From: a virus
Reading direction: 5' to 3' (one strand)
Length of the DNA stretch: 37,337 bases
IMG/VR virus record: IMGVR_UViG_3300049076_000010
Span: 1 to 37,337 of that record
Numbering within the stretch: position 1 is the stretch's first letter; every line of letters begins with the position of its first letter. This document shows positions 6,539-16,750 of the stretch, piece by piece. Position numbers and translations under genes: made by a program. The notes under the pieces are model-generated. The model was given only the letters and a program-made list of their open reading frames with translations, was not told the origin of the DNA and did no database searches.

Positions 6539-8722
6539 CTAATCGTCGCCTTCTTGAATCGCCGTTAGACCGTAAAGGCTGGCCATCGGTGAAGATTCGC
6601 CTTTTGGTTTGCGTTTAGCCAATAACTTCATTTGGTCTTGCGTGGCTTTACTGGCTTGCACGGCCTTCACCGTGCCGCCACCTACTGTTTTAATCGGCGG
6701 CCCGACAACTGGCACTTTTTCTATTGCATTGAATACTGAATTAGCCAGATTGACTAAACGTGAAGCCGTGGCGCTATTGGTAGCACTCCTAGGTTGCTGC
6801 TTGTTAATCAAATTCGCCGCTTTGACAAAATCATCTAGCTGCGTTTTAGCGGTTTTACCTAGCACTTCTTCCAAATTCTCTTTACCAATGCGGTTGTAGG
6901 CTTTTTCCAGTTGGGCAACACTCAAGCTTGATTTGCCATTTACATCGGTTAACGCTGCGTCTTTGATGTAGCTTAAAGTTTGTTTGCGTAGGTTCTCGAT
7001 CTGCTGCTGTCCGGCTTTGCGCTCTTCGCGGTTGCCTGTGTATAACAATCTCTTCACATTTCGGATGTCATCACGGTTGCCGTTAATGACTACCTTATTG
7101 AATACATCTTCTTGATTAATGGCTTGGTCTGTTGTACCTTTTTTAAGTCCTACCAAGTCACGCACGGATTTAGCTCCACTCTCAAACGTCACGCCTTGTT
7201 CACGCCGTAACTTCGCGGCATCACGGTATAAATCACCGCCGTAGGCTTCAAAGGTATCGTCTACCAAATTCTTAGCCTCGGCTAATGCACCGTTTTGCTG
7301 TGATTGTTGAGAAATAGTTTTTCTGAGTTCGTAGAAGTTACGCAAAGGCGCATCGCCAGCGATTAATTCGCCTTTGTCGTTTTTGGTTACAATGCCGAGC
7401 TTTTGCGCTTTGGTAATCAACCCGTCGACATCCTTAAAGCCCTGGTTGTAATCCAGCCATTGAATCAAATTATCGCTAGGTTTGCCGATATTACCGCCAG
7501 CCACTTCCTCGGCTTGCTTGTATGCGCCTTTGGTAGCTGTTTTGGCCTTGTTGTAGCGCTTTAAAGCCTCGCCCTGTAGTTGCGCCCCTGTTTCCTTAAT
7601 TGAAGCCGTCTGACCGCCTGTTTTGCCGATCATGGCATCAAGGTTCTGGCCTAGCTGTGTTTGCTGTTCTTCAAAGCGGTTTCTTAGCGGTTTACCAAAG
7701 AAAGTGTCGGCAAGCACGCGCTCGTTATCCTGTTGCAAGAAGTCCTGAGACAGCTGGCCTTTGGTGCCTTGCATGGGTACTGGTAAAGAACTCAGCACGC
7801 CTTGGTTAACTGCTGCGTTAGGTTGTTCGCCAACCTTCATGGCGTTATAGGCAAATTCACGTGCTTTCGCTTTGGCGGCATTGCTTAATTGGCTAATATC
7901 GACACCGCTTTTTGCCAGATAATCATCCACTTGCTGTATTTGGATGTCATCCACGGTTTTAGCTGCTTTTGCCGCCAATTCTGTAGGTTGTAAAATACCC
8001 GTGACGGCATTGACAGTTTTGTTAGCTGCACCAGCCAGACCGGCACTAGTTAAACCGCCTGCCACTGACATACCTAATTGGGCCATATCACCACCGCCAG
8101 CTTCTTTAGTGGCTTGACCGCCTACCCCTGCACCAGCAGCTCCAGCGATTTGCTGTTTAGGCGCTGCTGCGAGGAAATTGGCAATCTTTTGCGCGGCGGG
8201 GCTTAATACTTTAGCGGCCTTGTTTGCTGCGCTGATTAACCCGCCTGCTCCTGCTGCCATCTTCCCACCGGATGAGATGATGCGTTCCGAGGCCATTTTT
8301 GGCGCTGGCAATCCGATCAAGTCGGCAACATTACGCCCTGCACCACTGATAGCTTCTATACCTTGATTGATATAATCAGGTTCTTGCTGTGGCACTACTA
8401 AATCACTTAGTGTTGGTTTTGCAAATGATTCACGGATTTTCTGCCCAGCCATACCCGCTAAACCAGCAGGCATGAACTTATTAACCGTATTGGCTAAACT
8501 GGCGACACCGCCCACCATTTCTGGTATAGCTTCCAAACCAACACGCGCAGTCAATCCTACGGCACGAGGCACACGGACTAATGTCTCACTTACGCTACTA
8601 GGTAAGCTAACGCTAGGTTCTTCGGCTACAGGAGCTTGATAAGCTTCCCACGGCTTTCCTTCTGGTGCTGGTGTTTCATTGCTTGCGTATTGTTCCCAAG
8701 GCTTCATTATTTTTTCTTCCAT
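6539..8722 (-). CDS. Large internal virion / ejection-type protein (P22 gp16 positional analogue)
   Basis: 727 aa. Ala/Gly-rich N-terminal third and a helical remainder. It is the third of three consecutive genes between the gp10-like hub and the tail fibre, as with P22 gp7/gp20/gp16. Confidence 0.5.
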   Translation of the reverse strand: MEEKIMKPWEQYASNETPAPEGKPWEAYQAPVAEEPSVSLPSSVSETLVRVPRAVGLTARVGLEAIPEMVGGVASLANTVNKFMPAGLAGMAGQKIRESFAKPTLSDLVVPQQEPDYINQGIEAISGAGRNVADLIGLPAPKMASERIISSGGKMAAGAGGLISAANKAAKVLSPAAQKIANFLAAAPKQQIAGAAGAGVGGQATKEAGGGDMAQLGMSVAGGLTSAGLAGAANKTVNAVTGILQPTELAAKAAKTVDDIQIQQVDDYLAKSGVDISQLSNAAKAKAREFAYNAMKVGEQPNAAVNQGVLSSLPVPMQGTKGQLSQDFLQQDNERVLADTFFGKPLRNRFEEQQTQLGQNLDAMIGKTGGQTASIKETGAQLQGEALKRYNKAKTATKGAYKQAEEVAGGNIGKPSDNLIQWLDYNQGFKDVDGLITKAQKLGIVTKNDKGELIAGDAPLRNFYELRKTISQQSQQNGALAEAKNLVDDTFEAYGGDLYRDAAKLRREQGVTFESGAKSVRDLVGLKKGTTDQAINQEDVFNKVVINGNRDDIRNVKRLLYTGNREERKAGQQQIENLRKQTLSYIKDAALTDVNGKSSLSVAQLEKAYNRIGKENLEEVLGKTAKTQLDDFVKAANLINKQQPRSATNSATASRLVNLANSVFNAIEKVPVVGPPIKTVGGGTVKAVQASKATQDQMKLLAKRKPKGESSPMASLYGLTAIQEGDD

Positions 8723-9951
8723 GAAGTAGGTTTAGATGGGTCTCCACCTGTGTAGACATAGCCACTTTGTACTGCGCCAAGTTTTGGCTTGGCTGGCATT
8801 GGTGCGTTTTTAGGGATGATGTTTTGTGTATCGTTTTGCACTGGCGCTTGATAGGCTGCACCCGATGATTGAATTAGTCCATTAGTGGCCTCTAATCTTG
8901 CCAGACGCTTTTGCTCAATCGTTCCAGGGTCGTCACCGATCTGCGGAAAATAAGTAAGTATTTCGTTTTCCATTTCATCCTTGCCAATGGCTGCGCCCGA
9001 TTCTTTACGCAGCTTAGCCCTTACCCAATCACGCTGCGCTTGCAACGCTTGACGTCTAGCTGGTGAGCGTGAGGCATTGGAAGCTGTTTCACTGAATGCC
9101 AAACCTTTTTCTGATAGCGTTGGCTTTTGTTCTTCATTACCTTCCAGTAGTTTTTCAGAGGCAACCATACGTTGAGCGTACATGGCGTTATTGCGCATAC
9201 CCTCTGTGAGCTTTTCTGTTTTAGTTGTAGTGCCATTGGCTGCATTGACTGCTGCTGTACCGCCTGACCTGTCAAAGTTTAGGCGTTCATTAGCTCGTTC
9301 GTTAGCAAGGTTCTGGCCTCTTAGCGTAATATCCTGTCCACGTCTGGAATTAGCGGATGATATGTCCTGTCCGCGCATGGTGATTTCTTGTCCACGCATC
9401 GTTACATCGCGCCCTAATTGGCTTTCGATCTGTTTCAATCTTCCATCAGCCGTTAAAGTGATATTGTCACGCCACTTTGCATCAAAGCGTTCAGGCAATG
9501 GCATTTGTGGGGCAATTTTCTGCAACATAGGTTTTGCTGCTTCAAAACTTGCGTCATCGTAAATGCCTGCTGCAATATCCCGCGCCTGTTTAGTGCGCTC
9601 TGCCATATCCTCTAGCTCAAATTTTGCCTCTTCACGTTTAATCTTTGATTCTTCACCTTTACGCTTAGTGATGCCTTGTTGATACTCTAAAGCTTTTTCA
9701 GGTGCGTATCCGGCTAATCCCGTCACTACCTTTTTATCATCCAACACCATATTGCCATCAGCATCAATAGACGTAGCGCCACGATACACACCGCGTATGC
9801 CTTCTTCTTGTGCATCGGCGCGTTGCTGCCGTGCCATTTGGTTGCGCATAGCCTCTTGCTGCATACGCGCATTTTCCATTTGCATTTGATTGGCACGTGA
9901 TTGGTCAATCGCCCCGTATATCTCAGCTAAGTTTACATAGTTTCTAGCCAT
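8707..9951 (-). CDS. Internal virion / ejection-type protein with RGQxIT heptad repeats
   Basis: 414 aa. Q/R/M-rich N-terminus. Repeats GRDVTMRGQEITMRGQDIS..RRGQDITLRGQNL at aa 180-215. Confidence 0.5.
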   Translation of the reverse strand: MARNYVNLAEIYGAIDQSRANQMQMENARMQQEAMRNQMARQQRADAQEEGIRGVYRGATSIDADGNMVLDDKKVVTGLAGYAPEKALEYQQGITKRKGEESKIKREEAKFELEDMAERTKQARDIAAGIYDDASFEAAKPMLQKIAPQMPLPERFDAKWRDNITLTADGRLKQIESQLGRDVTMRGQEITMRGQDISSANSRRGQDITLRGQNLANERANERLNFDRSGGTAAVNAANGTTTKTEKLTEGMRNNAMYAQRMVASEKLLEGNEEQKPTLSEKGLAFSETASNASRSPARRQALQAQRDWVRAKLRKESGAAIGKDEMENEILTYFPQIGDDPGTIEQKRLARLEATNGLIQSSGAAYQAPVQNDTQNIIPKNAPMPAKPKLGAVQSGYVYTGGDPSKPTSWKKK

Positions 9952-9960
9952 TATTATTCC

Positions 9961-10899
9961 TTAAATATACCAAGATTGCTGACCAGTTGCATTTGTGGTG
10001 TTGCCGTAACCGCCGTCCTGCTTGCCAGTAACAGGTTTATTTTTCTCGTAAGCATAAATCCCGTTAGCAATTGCACTTTGGAATAGATTAGACTGGTTGT
10101 CGGCGTTGGCTTGGTACATATTAGATAGGTTATTGCCTAGGTTCTGCTGGATTTGACTATTCTGATTTGCTGCATTTTGCCCTGCATTTACGCCAGCGCC
10201 AGCCGCTTGCAAGCCTTGCCCTGCTGAACCTGATAGGAAGCTGAATGTTCTAGCTTTGTTGGCTGCATCACGGTTGAATGCATTGGTAAATTCATTTGAC
10301 GCATAATCTTGGTTGTAACGATCTAACGCTTTAAGGGCTGCGCCGGAATATAAACCACCTCTAGCCGCTGCGGAACGTTCTAAGGCTTTGTTACCTTCTT
10401 GTTGACGGAACTCATAGCCAGGGTCTTTTACAAAGTCCTCATTAGTGAAGGCTTTTAATAAATTACCACTGCCACCGGAATTAGGGTTGGCCGCTTCATA
10501 TTCTGCCTTGCCTGCTTCCCATTTCTTAAGTGCTTCGTTATACATTTGCTTGGCTTGAACAGTTTGCCCTGCAACGTTGGAATTACGCTGATAATCCTTG
10601 CCGTATTTCTGGAAGTGTTCATTGCGTAACTGATCTTCAAAGTCTTGCAACTCAGGGCGTTTTGCATATCCCTCAGGGTCTGCAACGCCTAATAGCTCGG
10701 ATAGTTTTCGTGATGAATTACGACCTAAGTCTGTATAAGGATCAAGCAGCTCTAAAGACTGTCTACGTGCTTGTTCTTGGGCAAACTGTGCTCTAGCTGC
10801 TGAATCTTTGGCTGCACGTTCTGCGGCTTTGGAACCGCCGCCCATCAATGCGCCGCCGACTACTGATACTGCTGCTCCACCTACTGCGCCCCAGGTCAC
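9961..10899 (-). CDS. Internal virion / ejection-type protein with Gly-rich hydrophobic N-terminus
   Basis: 312 aa. N-terminus MTWGAVGGAAVSVVGGALMGGG. Positional analogue of P22 gp7. Confidence 0.45.
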   Translation of the reverse strand: MTWGAVGGAAVSVVGGALMGGGSKAAERAAKDSAARAQFAQEQARRQSLELLDPYTDLGRNSSRKLSELLGVADPEGYAKRPELQDFEDQLRNEHFQKYGKDYQRNSNVAGQTVQAKQMYNEALKKWEAGKAEYEAANPNSGGSGNLLKAFTNEDFVKDPGYEFRQQEGNKALERSAAARGGLYSGAALKALDRYNQDYASNEFTNAFNRDAANKARTFSFLSGSAGQGLQAAGAGVNAGQNAANQNSQIQQNLGNNLSNMYQANADNQSNLFQSAIANGIYAYEKNKPVTGKQDGGYGNTTNATGQQSWYI

Positions 10900-11369
10900 G
10901 ATAATTCTCCTTTAATTAAATTTTGTGTTAGTGCCTCATAGCTAGGGGCGATGACTTCTTCTTCGATGTCCGGTAAATCGGCCTCGCTATTGCCTTTTGT
11001 GAGGTGTATCGTTGTCCAGATTGTTTCCTCTTCGGCTATCACTGCGCGTTTTAAACCAACTTCGCTAATGAAGGTGCATGGCGCTTCCAGATACTTAGTG
11101 CCGAATTCTGTGGCTACTGAAACCTTGCCTTTAGATATGATGTTTAAATGTTCGTGGCGGTGAATCTTGCCAATGATTAACGTCCCTTTGGGGATGGTCA
11201 TTTCACGGGCATAAGTGCAGCAGCCGTATTTCTCATCTATGGGCGTGAAGTAATGCTTCAATGTGCATTGGTCTAAGGTCGATTCAAGTTCACCATTGGC
11301 AATGGCCTCTTTCATCCCAGCTTCGACCTTTTGGATGCTTTCGCGGAACTGTTTAACTATGGCGTTCAT
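10896..11369 (-). CDS. Hypothetical protein, cupin-like by eye
   Basis: The ORF track gives 10896-11396. I prefer Met10 (11369) because it forms an ATGA overlap with the upstream stop (tcat at 11366-11369). Contains an HRHEH motif. Confidence 0.5.
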   Translation of the reverse strand: MNAIVKQFRESIQKVEAGMKEAIANGELESTLDQCTLKHYFTPIDEKYGCCTYAREMTIPKGTLIIGKIHRHEHLNIISKGKVSVATEFGTKYLEAPCTFISEVGLKRAVIAEEETIWTTIHLTKGNSEADLPDIEEEVIAPSYEALTQNLIKGELS

Positions 11370-11668
11370 ACCACCGCCCCCGCTCCGTTGTGCCAAACTG
11401 TAGGGTTAAGGCTGTGTATGTTTATCGAGTAACCTAATGTCGTGTCGTAATAAGGCATTCCGATATATAGCCGTTTAGTTGGCCTGTTAGCCGTTGTGCC
11501 GCTTTGTTGTAGTCCGGCAATGGCAAAGTATGCATCAGAGAAGAACTCAAGCCATTCAGGGTTTATCATGCCTTGGGCTGCTTCTACTTTGGCCTTCTCA
11601 AATGTCGATGCACTATTGATTTGCGTTTTGCTCATTGGCGAACGGGTTGGGGGCGGTCTAATACTCAT
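11366..11668 (-). CDS. Hypothetical virion-associated protein
   Basis: 100 aa. The motif SGTTANRPT..LYIGMPYYDTTLGY is common in tail fibre/spike-associated phage proteins. Overlaps the upstream stop. Confidence 0.45.
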   Translation of the reverse strand: MSIRPPPTRSPMSKTQINSASTFEKAKVEAAQGMINPEWLEFFSDAYFAIAGLQQSGTTANRPTKRLYIGMPYYDTTLGYSINIHSLNPTVWHNGAGAVV

Positions 11669-13074
11669 GTTCCACCTGACCGTAGATTAATTGATGCACC
11701 TAAAATGACACGCTTAATTGGATCGGTAATTCTCCATTTGAATGTCCAATCTCGTGAAATACCCAAACGCCTCCAGATAGCACGTTGCCTGAATTCTCCA
11801 ATCGCGCCCATGTCGCACCACTGCTCAGTTCCGTAGGTATGCCCACCATCTTTAGAGATACTTAGCATAACTTGCGGATTTGAGCCTTGACCTGATACCA
11901 CGCCTACGCCCGTTTCCATATCTAGCTGGACTTTATCCACGACTAATCGGCGGTCATCTTCTGATATATGGCGGCTGGTAATCTCAAAAGCGATTTCATC
12001 ACCGTTGTCGGTTACAGAATCAGGGTTGAGGCGGTATAAGTTGCCGTTCTCGAAGTCTGTCACCATGATTTTGTCGAGGTAATTCACACCCATCTCTGCA
12101 CGATGCCGGCCTATGTCTTTGCTTTGCACACGTGACCAGCAGTTTGTCAGTCCGTCATACAACCAGCTTGCATCAGCGGTAGGAAAGTTGACTTGCAGCA
12201 TTGGATGCCCGCCAAGCATATAGGCAATGGTCGAGCAGTCAGATACCGCGGCGTAGTTATTGATAATGTATTCAAGTTCAGGATTGGAAATACGTTGTGG
12301 CTGGTTGCCATTCATGCGAGCCACGATAACTTCGCCCATGCGGTTCTTAGCGAGGAAAGCTAATGTATTGTCGTATTTGCAGATTGAATTGATAGCCGCA
12401 CAACCCCATTCTGTCGATCCACCGGATATACGGTCATAGGGGAAGTCGGCATTGCCTGAATTACTCCAAAACTCGGTAGAAACTGAGCCGAACAGGTACA
12501 GTGTAGAATTGTCTGTCCATACCGCTACAATGTCGTCAGGGTTGGATTCGGCACTGGCAAAGTCCAATGCGTCCCATGCCATGCCATCCGCTAGCGCAGA
12601 TACGTAGAATTGTTGCGTATTGGGTTTATTAACAATGAAATAACCATCTTGCCACGTGATGGTTCTAGCGCCTGGATAATCTACATCTACAATTTGTGCA
12701 AATACGCCTGAGGCAAAAGTATAGATATAGCCTGCTGACCCATCAGTAAGCATGAGTTGTAAGCCGTTGTCCCACATATATACTTTACCGGAAGTCGTGC
12801 CGATCGTGCCTTTAGCGGTCTTAACAGCCGCGTTGTTAATCTCGTAGAACGTACCGCGATGCACAGCGTATAGATAGTCTGTGCGCTGATAAATACCACG
12901 GATAGGCGTGTCACCAAAGGATGTGAATAAATCCAGTCCTGGCGTGCCGTAGATAGCCACACGCGCCCTGTCATCACCAGGTTGCACCTCTAGGTAACAG
13001 TTAAGACGATCTTGGGCAGTGACGTTTAAACTTTTCCCTGTTTGGCTAATGCCGAATAAGCTGATCTCTGGCAT
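11665..13074 (-). CDS. P22 gp10-like tail hub ('packaged DNA stabilisation') protein
   Basis: 469 aa (P22 gp10 is 472 aa). LFGSVSTEFWSNSG matches P22 CFGSSTIEYFSLTG. The C-terminus SISKDGGHTYGTEQ...RAIWRRLGISRDWTFKWRITDP matches P22 SATTDGINYGREQ...RVLWKRVGRIRRLIGFKLRVITKSP. Confidence 0.8.
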   Translation of the reverse strand: MPEISLFGISQTGKSLNVTAQDRLNCYLEVQPGDDRARVAIYGTPGLDLFTSFGDTPIRGIYQRTDYLYAVHRGTFYEINNAAVKTAKGTIGTTSGKVYMWDNGLQLMLTDGSAGYIYTFASGVFAQIVDVDYPGARTITWQDGYFIVNKPNTQQFYVSALADGMAWDALDFASAESNPDDIVAVWTDNSTLYLFGSVSTEFWSNSGNADFPYDRISGGSTEWGCAAINSICKYDNTLAFLAKNRMGEVIVARMNGNQPQRISNPELEYIINNYAAVSDCSTIAYMLGGHPMLQVNFPTADASWLYDGLTNCWSRVQSKDIGRHRAEMGVNYLDKIMVTDFENGNLYRLNPDSVTDNGDEIAFEITSRHISEDDRRLVVDKVQLDMETGVGVVSGQGSNPQVMLSISKDGGHTYGTEQWCDMGAIGEFRQRAIWRRLGISRDWTFKWRITDPIKRVILGASINLRSGGT

Positions 13075-13520
13075 TAGAAGTTCACCTGTCCGTTTAACAT
13101 TAGGTTATAACCTTCTTTAGTTAGGTTGCCGTTAAGGTCTATAAACCCATTATCTAATAGCCTTTTGTACTGTAATCCTATGCTATTTCCTGCCTTGCCA
13201 TAATTACCGTAAATACCTGCCGTACTGTTCTGATTTAGTTTTTTCGTAAGGTTGGCGTAAGCGTTTTCTGGCGTTATCTCTAAATTTAAATTTTCGTTTT
13301 GATATTTATATTTAGGAGTATTAACTCCGCCTGATCTAGCTACATTAAGACTGTGGTTACCTACCCTTGCATTTGCCTCTTGATATTGCGGGTCATAATA
13401 GGCTGCTATGCCATAACTAGGCGTGGATAAATCGCCACCGTATGACTTTCTATCAGGCGTTCCGTATAGGTTATACAAAACATCTTTTATATCACCGGAT
13501 ATATTGAAATTATCAGCCAT
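13074..13520 (-). CDS. Hypothetical structural protein
   Basis: 148 aa, N/Y/G-rich. Start-stop coupled between the gp4-like and gp10-like genes. Confidence 0.45.
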   Translation of the reverse strand: MADNFNISGDIKDVLYNLYGTPDRKSYGGDLSTPSYGIAAYYDPQYQEANARVGNHSLNVARSGGVNTPKYKYQNENLNLEITPENAYANLTKKLNQNSTAGIYGNYGKAGNSIGLQYKRLLDNGFIDLNGNLTKEGYNLMLNGQVNF

Positions 13521-14209
13521 TACGTGCCTGCCTGAATGTTATAACGCAATGTAGACCCTACAGCATCCGGCATACGCATGGTTTTGATGCTAGTGTTAAT
13601 GATCTTAAGCGCACGTTTAGTCTGCTTGGCATACATTGACATGGCTGGTGTTGGTTGCAGGCCGTAGCTGTTACATAACATCATCGCTAGGTTCCAGCGT
13701 ATCGCGCCCTCATATTCAGGTGGCAACGTCACGGTATCGGTAATGTCAGTATAGATTGGCATGGGAATTCGCATGGTTAATACGATTGATCCAGTATTGG
13801 GGCTAGGCCAAACGAATAATTGACCTTGCGGAAAGTCTGGGCGGTAAAAGAATGCGCTGGCGGCCCCTTGTAAAACTTTCGTGCCTATATCTTGGTAATC
13901 CTCAAACGAATGTATAGGGACTAATGGCACAGAAACGCCGTTATCCAGCCAATATGCTGCGTCAATCGCATAAGGCCGTTCAATATTCAAGTTACCAGAC
14001 GGGCCTACCGTGTAAGACAATGCACCAGTAGCCGTTAGTGTTTCCTGTTTCTGGCAATAGACTGTTAATGACTGTGTACGCCACATGGCTATCATCTGGT
14101 TCAGTGTTGATAGCGCGTCTTGCGCCTCAGATGAAGTTGGCGTTTCATTCTGGCCTAATGCGCCGATGTCTTTAAGCGCCAGCTTTAATATGTCGTTTAT
14201 CACTGCCAT
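13520..14209 (-). CDS. P22 gp4-like head-to-tail adaptor
   Basis: 229 aa. INDILKLALKDIGALGQNETPTSSEAQDALSTLNQMIAMW parallels P22 gp4 [41 protein letters not shown]. Confidence 0.7.
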   Translation of the reverse strand: MAVINDILKLALKDIGALGQNETPTSSEAQDALSTLNQMIAMWRTQSLTVYCQKQETLTATGALSYTVGPSGNLNIERPYAIDAAYWLDNGVSVPLVPIHSFEDYQDIGTKVLQGAASAFFYRPDFPQGQLFVWPSPNTGSIVLTMRIPMPIYTDITDTVTLPPEYEGAIRWNLAMMLCNSYGLQPTPAMSMYAKQTKRALKIINTSIKTMRMPDAVGSTLRYNIQAGT

Positions 14210-14257
14210 GTTGAATGCCTTTGATGAGGTTTTTCTGTGCAGGCTCTAGGAACCTAC

Positions 14258-14280
14258 AAAGAGAAACCCCCTTGCGGGGG
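14258..14280 (-). terminator. Intrinsic terminator after the coat and 106-aa genes
   Basis: The minus strand reads CCCCCGCAAGGGGG followed by TTTCTCTTTG (plus-strand ccccc 14267-71, ggggg 14276-80). Confidence 0.7.
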
Positions 14281-14286
14281 TGTAAG

Positions 14287-14607
14287 TTATACGTTAAAGC
14301 CTGCTTGCGCAGATTCTAAGCGTAACAATTGGAAGTCATAAGACTGTGCGGCGGTTGGGGTGATGCCAGAGCCAGTATTATTGGAAAAAGTAATCCCAAC
14401 GGTACTGTCTGCGGATACACGCCAGCCCACAATGCCTAAGCCTGCCTGTGCGGTTGGTTTAGAGATACCCATTACTTTGTCCGAAGCGCGAACGCCTGGT
14501 ACGGTAAAGGTTTGTTCTGCGGTAGTATTTGCGGCAACAATTGCGGGGGAGAGCGTCACAGATACGACGCTCATGCTCTGCACATTGCCAGTGATGATTC
14601 CTGACAT
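14287..14607 (-). CDS. Small beta-rich capsid-associated protein (decoration candidate)
   Basis: 106 aa, immediately after the coat gene. T/S/V/G-rich. Function by position only. Confidence 0.4.
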   Translation of the reverse strand: MSGIITGNVQSMSVVSVTLSPAIVAANTTAEQTFTVPGVRASDKVMGISKPTAQAGLGIVGWRVSADSTVGITFSNNTGSGITPTAAQSYDFQLLRLESAQAGFNV

Positions 14608-14619
14608 TATGCTTACTCC

Positions 14620-15822
14620 TTAACTGTTAGAAAGAATACGTGTCGCTAGTTGCGCACGGATGGTTTTGTAGCCGTAAAGCACATCAATACGACAAGGAAT
14701 CGTATCAGTACCGATTGCATATTGGCGCGCAATACGCATTGATACACCGTCCATGACTTCACGCGCGCCCCATGCCCCGTATTTGCTTACATCTTCCAAG
14801 TCAGCAGATACGAAGGTGAATGCATCTTTATGATAAGCCAATGAAGGTTTATACACAGCAGAAGCACCGCCTACTTTGGTGATGGCTGCGCCGTTAGGTA
14901 AGCCGCCAGCAGTAACATTTTGACGACCGCCAGTAGTGTAGATAGGTGGGGCAAATGTCAAGCTGCCAGCACCGCCAGCATAGTCAGCCAATACAACGAA
15001 TTGTTGCACGTTTCCTGTATCTGCTTTTGATTCAGGATGTACACGGTTGCAGCCTGCTACCGTGAAAATATCACCTTTCTTGAAAGTGGTTGCACCGACT
15101 GCCACGGTTACTGCTGCTGATCCGTTGGTTGTTACTGCGCCGTTGACCGTGTAAGTCGTGGCCGATAATGCTGTGCCTGTGGTTTGTGATGGGATTAAAG
15201 TATTCTCGTAGATGTCACCGAAGCCAGCAGTCCGGCCTACCATACCTTCGCGGTATTGTTTAGCAATCTCGCTTGAGTCTTGGAATAAGCCTTTTAAGCC
15301 ATCAACCAAGTCTAGGTTATCTTGCGTATTCAACAATAATGCGCGGTTTGAGTTAGGTGCTAATGAATCAGTGAGTAGCTTACGCGCTGTTAACACTTTA
15401 TTCAGTGTGATGGCTGAACCTACGTTGTTTACTGCTTGGTAAACATCCAAGGCCATAGACAAAGCATCGGCTTCAATATTAGCAGCCAAAACCGCCATTG
15501 CAGGTTCCAAGATGCGGTCTGAAAAGTCTTGTAAGCTTAAAGTTAGTTCAGATGTCGTGAATGTTGTATCGACACCTTTTTGCGTAGCCACTGACAAAGT
15601 GGTGGAGATTTCTGATGTGGCTTGTGTTGAAAGTGTGGCCCCTGTACGCACTGTATATTCGTTAGGTAACCGAATTTTAAGGTCTGTACCGATTTTGGCA
15701 CCGTCTTTAGCAAAAGAGCTGTCATATTGACGGTTGATAGAGCCGATAAAGTTAAGTTTTTGGTGCAGGATACGCAAGGCTTCGCGTGTGACTGCGGTTG
15801 GGGTTAAGATTGTATTACTCAT
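14620..15822 (-). CDS. Major capsid protein, P22-coat-like
   Basis: 400 aa. Follows the scaffold gene. The N-terminus ILTPTAVTREALRILHQKLNFIGSINRQYDSSFAKDGAKIGTDLKIRLP is the pattern I associate with P22_CoatProtein-family members. Confidence 0.8.
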   Translation of the reverse strand: MSNTILTPTAVTREALRILHQKLNFIGSINRQYDSSFAKDGAKIGTDLKIRLPNEYTVRTGATLSTQATSEISTTLSVATQKGVDTTFTTSELTLSLQDFSDRILEPAMAVLAANIEADALSMALDVYQAVNNVGSAITLNKVLTARKLLTDSLAPNSNRALLLNTQDNLDLVDGLKGLFQDSSEIAKQYREGMVGRTAGFGDIYENTLIPSQTTGTALSATTYTVNGAVTTNGSAAVTVAVGATTFKKGDIFTVAGCNRVHPESKADTGNVQQFVVLADYAGGAGSLTFAPPIYTTGGRQNVTAGGLPNGAAITKVGGASAVYKPSLAYHKDAFTFVSADLEDVSKYGAWGAREVMDGVSMRIARQYAIGTDTIPCRIDVLYGYKTIRAQLATRILSNS

Positions 15823-15846
15823 GGTTTTATTTCCTTATAAAAGAGG

Positions 15847-16707
15847 TTAGCGGCCTCTGACTTGCTTGTTTCGTCGTGCCAGCCATTCTTCAATGGGGAG
15901 TTCGTCGTTTAAGCTGTCATTACTGGCCTTACCCGTTCCTACTGGGGTGATAGGCGCAGGGGCCTTGCTGATAGGTTTTTTAGGCGTAGCGTTGAGGAGC
16001 TTGTCCTCTAGCTTGCCAATTTCTTTTGCTTGACCGTAAGCGGGTAGTTTGGCGATGCGTTCCGCTTCGTCCGGATTGGTGTACAGGTAATGCACGATGT
16101 CGGCGGCGTTTTCGGTTTCAATCAATGTATCGACCATTGCGCTTTTAAATGCCAAGCCCTTCGTCTTTAAAAGGTCTGCCGTTTGTGCTGGCATATCCTC
16201 AAAGTCTGGGTACTTTTCATTGCCTTTCTCGGTTATTTCTGCAAACCGCTCATCCTTACGTTGCTGCTCGGATTGTTTACTGGCTTGGACCTTGGCCTGC
16301 GCTTCCATTTCACGCTCGGATTTAATCTCCCAGCGTGTCAGGTCACGGATATAGTCTGCATAGTTGTCGTAGTCCTCAACCTTCGGCTCACTGTCCGAAG
16401 CGTCTCTGGTTGCGACTTCCTGCATGACTTTAGCGCGGGTTTCTTGCTCAATCCTGGCCTTTTCTAGCTTACGTTCATACTTGTTTCTGATTTTTGCGGC
16501 CTCGGCATCTAACTGGGCTTTAAGTTCTTCCTCAGTGTAGGTCTTGGTAGCAACCGCCTCTTCTATCACTGGTTCATCCGTGGGCGTATCGGTGGACTCA
16601 GGCGCGACAATCGGCTCTGTCGTTGGAGTTTCTGCTGAGACATCACCATCTCCAAAGTGAAACTGATGCATGAATGGAAATAGCATGGCTTTTAATAACT
16701 GACTCAT
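15847..16707 (-). CDS. Scaffolding protein
   Basis: 286 aa, very E/K/A-rich and helical. Lies between the portal and coat genes. Confidence 0.65.
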   Translation of the reverse strand: MSQLLKAMLFPFMHQFHFGDGDVSAETPTTEPIVAPESTDTPTDEPVIEEAVATKTYTEEELKAQLDAEAAKIRNKYERKLEKARIEQETRAKVMQEVATRDASDSEPKVEDYDNYADYIRDLTRWEIKSEREMEAQAKVQASKQSEQQRKDERFAEITEKGNEKYPDFEDMPAQTADLLKTKGLAFKSAMVDTLIETENAADIVHYLYTNPDEAERIAKLPAYGQAKEIGKLEDKLLNATPKKPISKAPAPITPVGTGKASNDSLNDELPIEEWLARRNKQVRGR

Positions 16708-16750
16708 TTAATACTCCCTAAGGACTTAGTGAAGGCCCACTAATAGGCAA

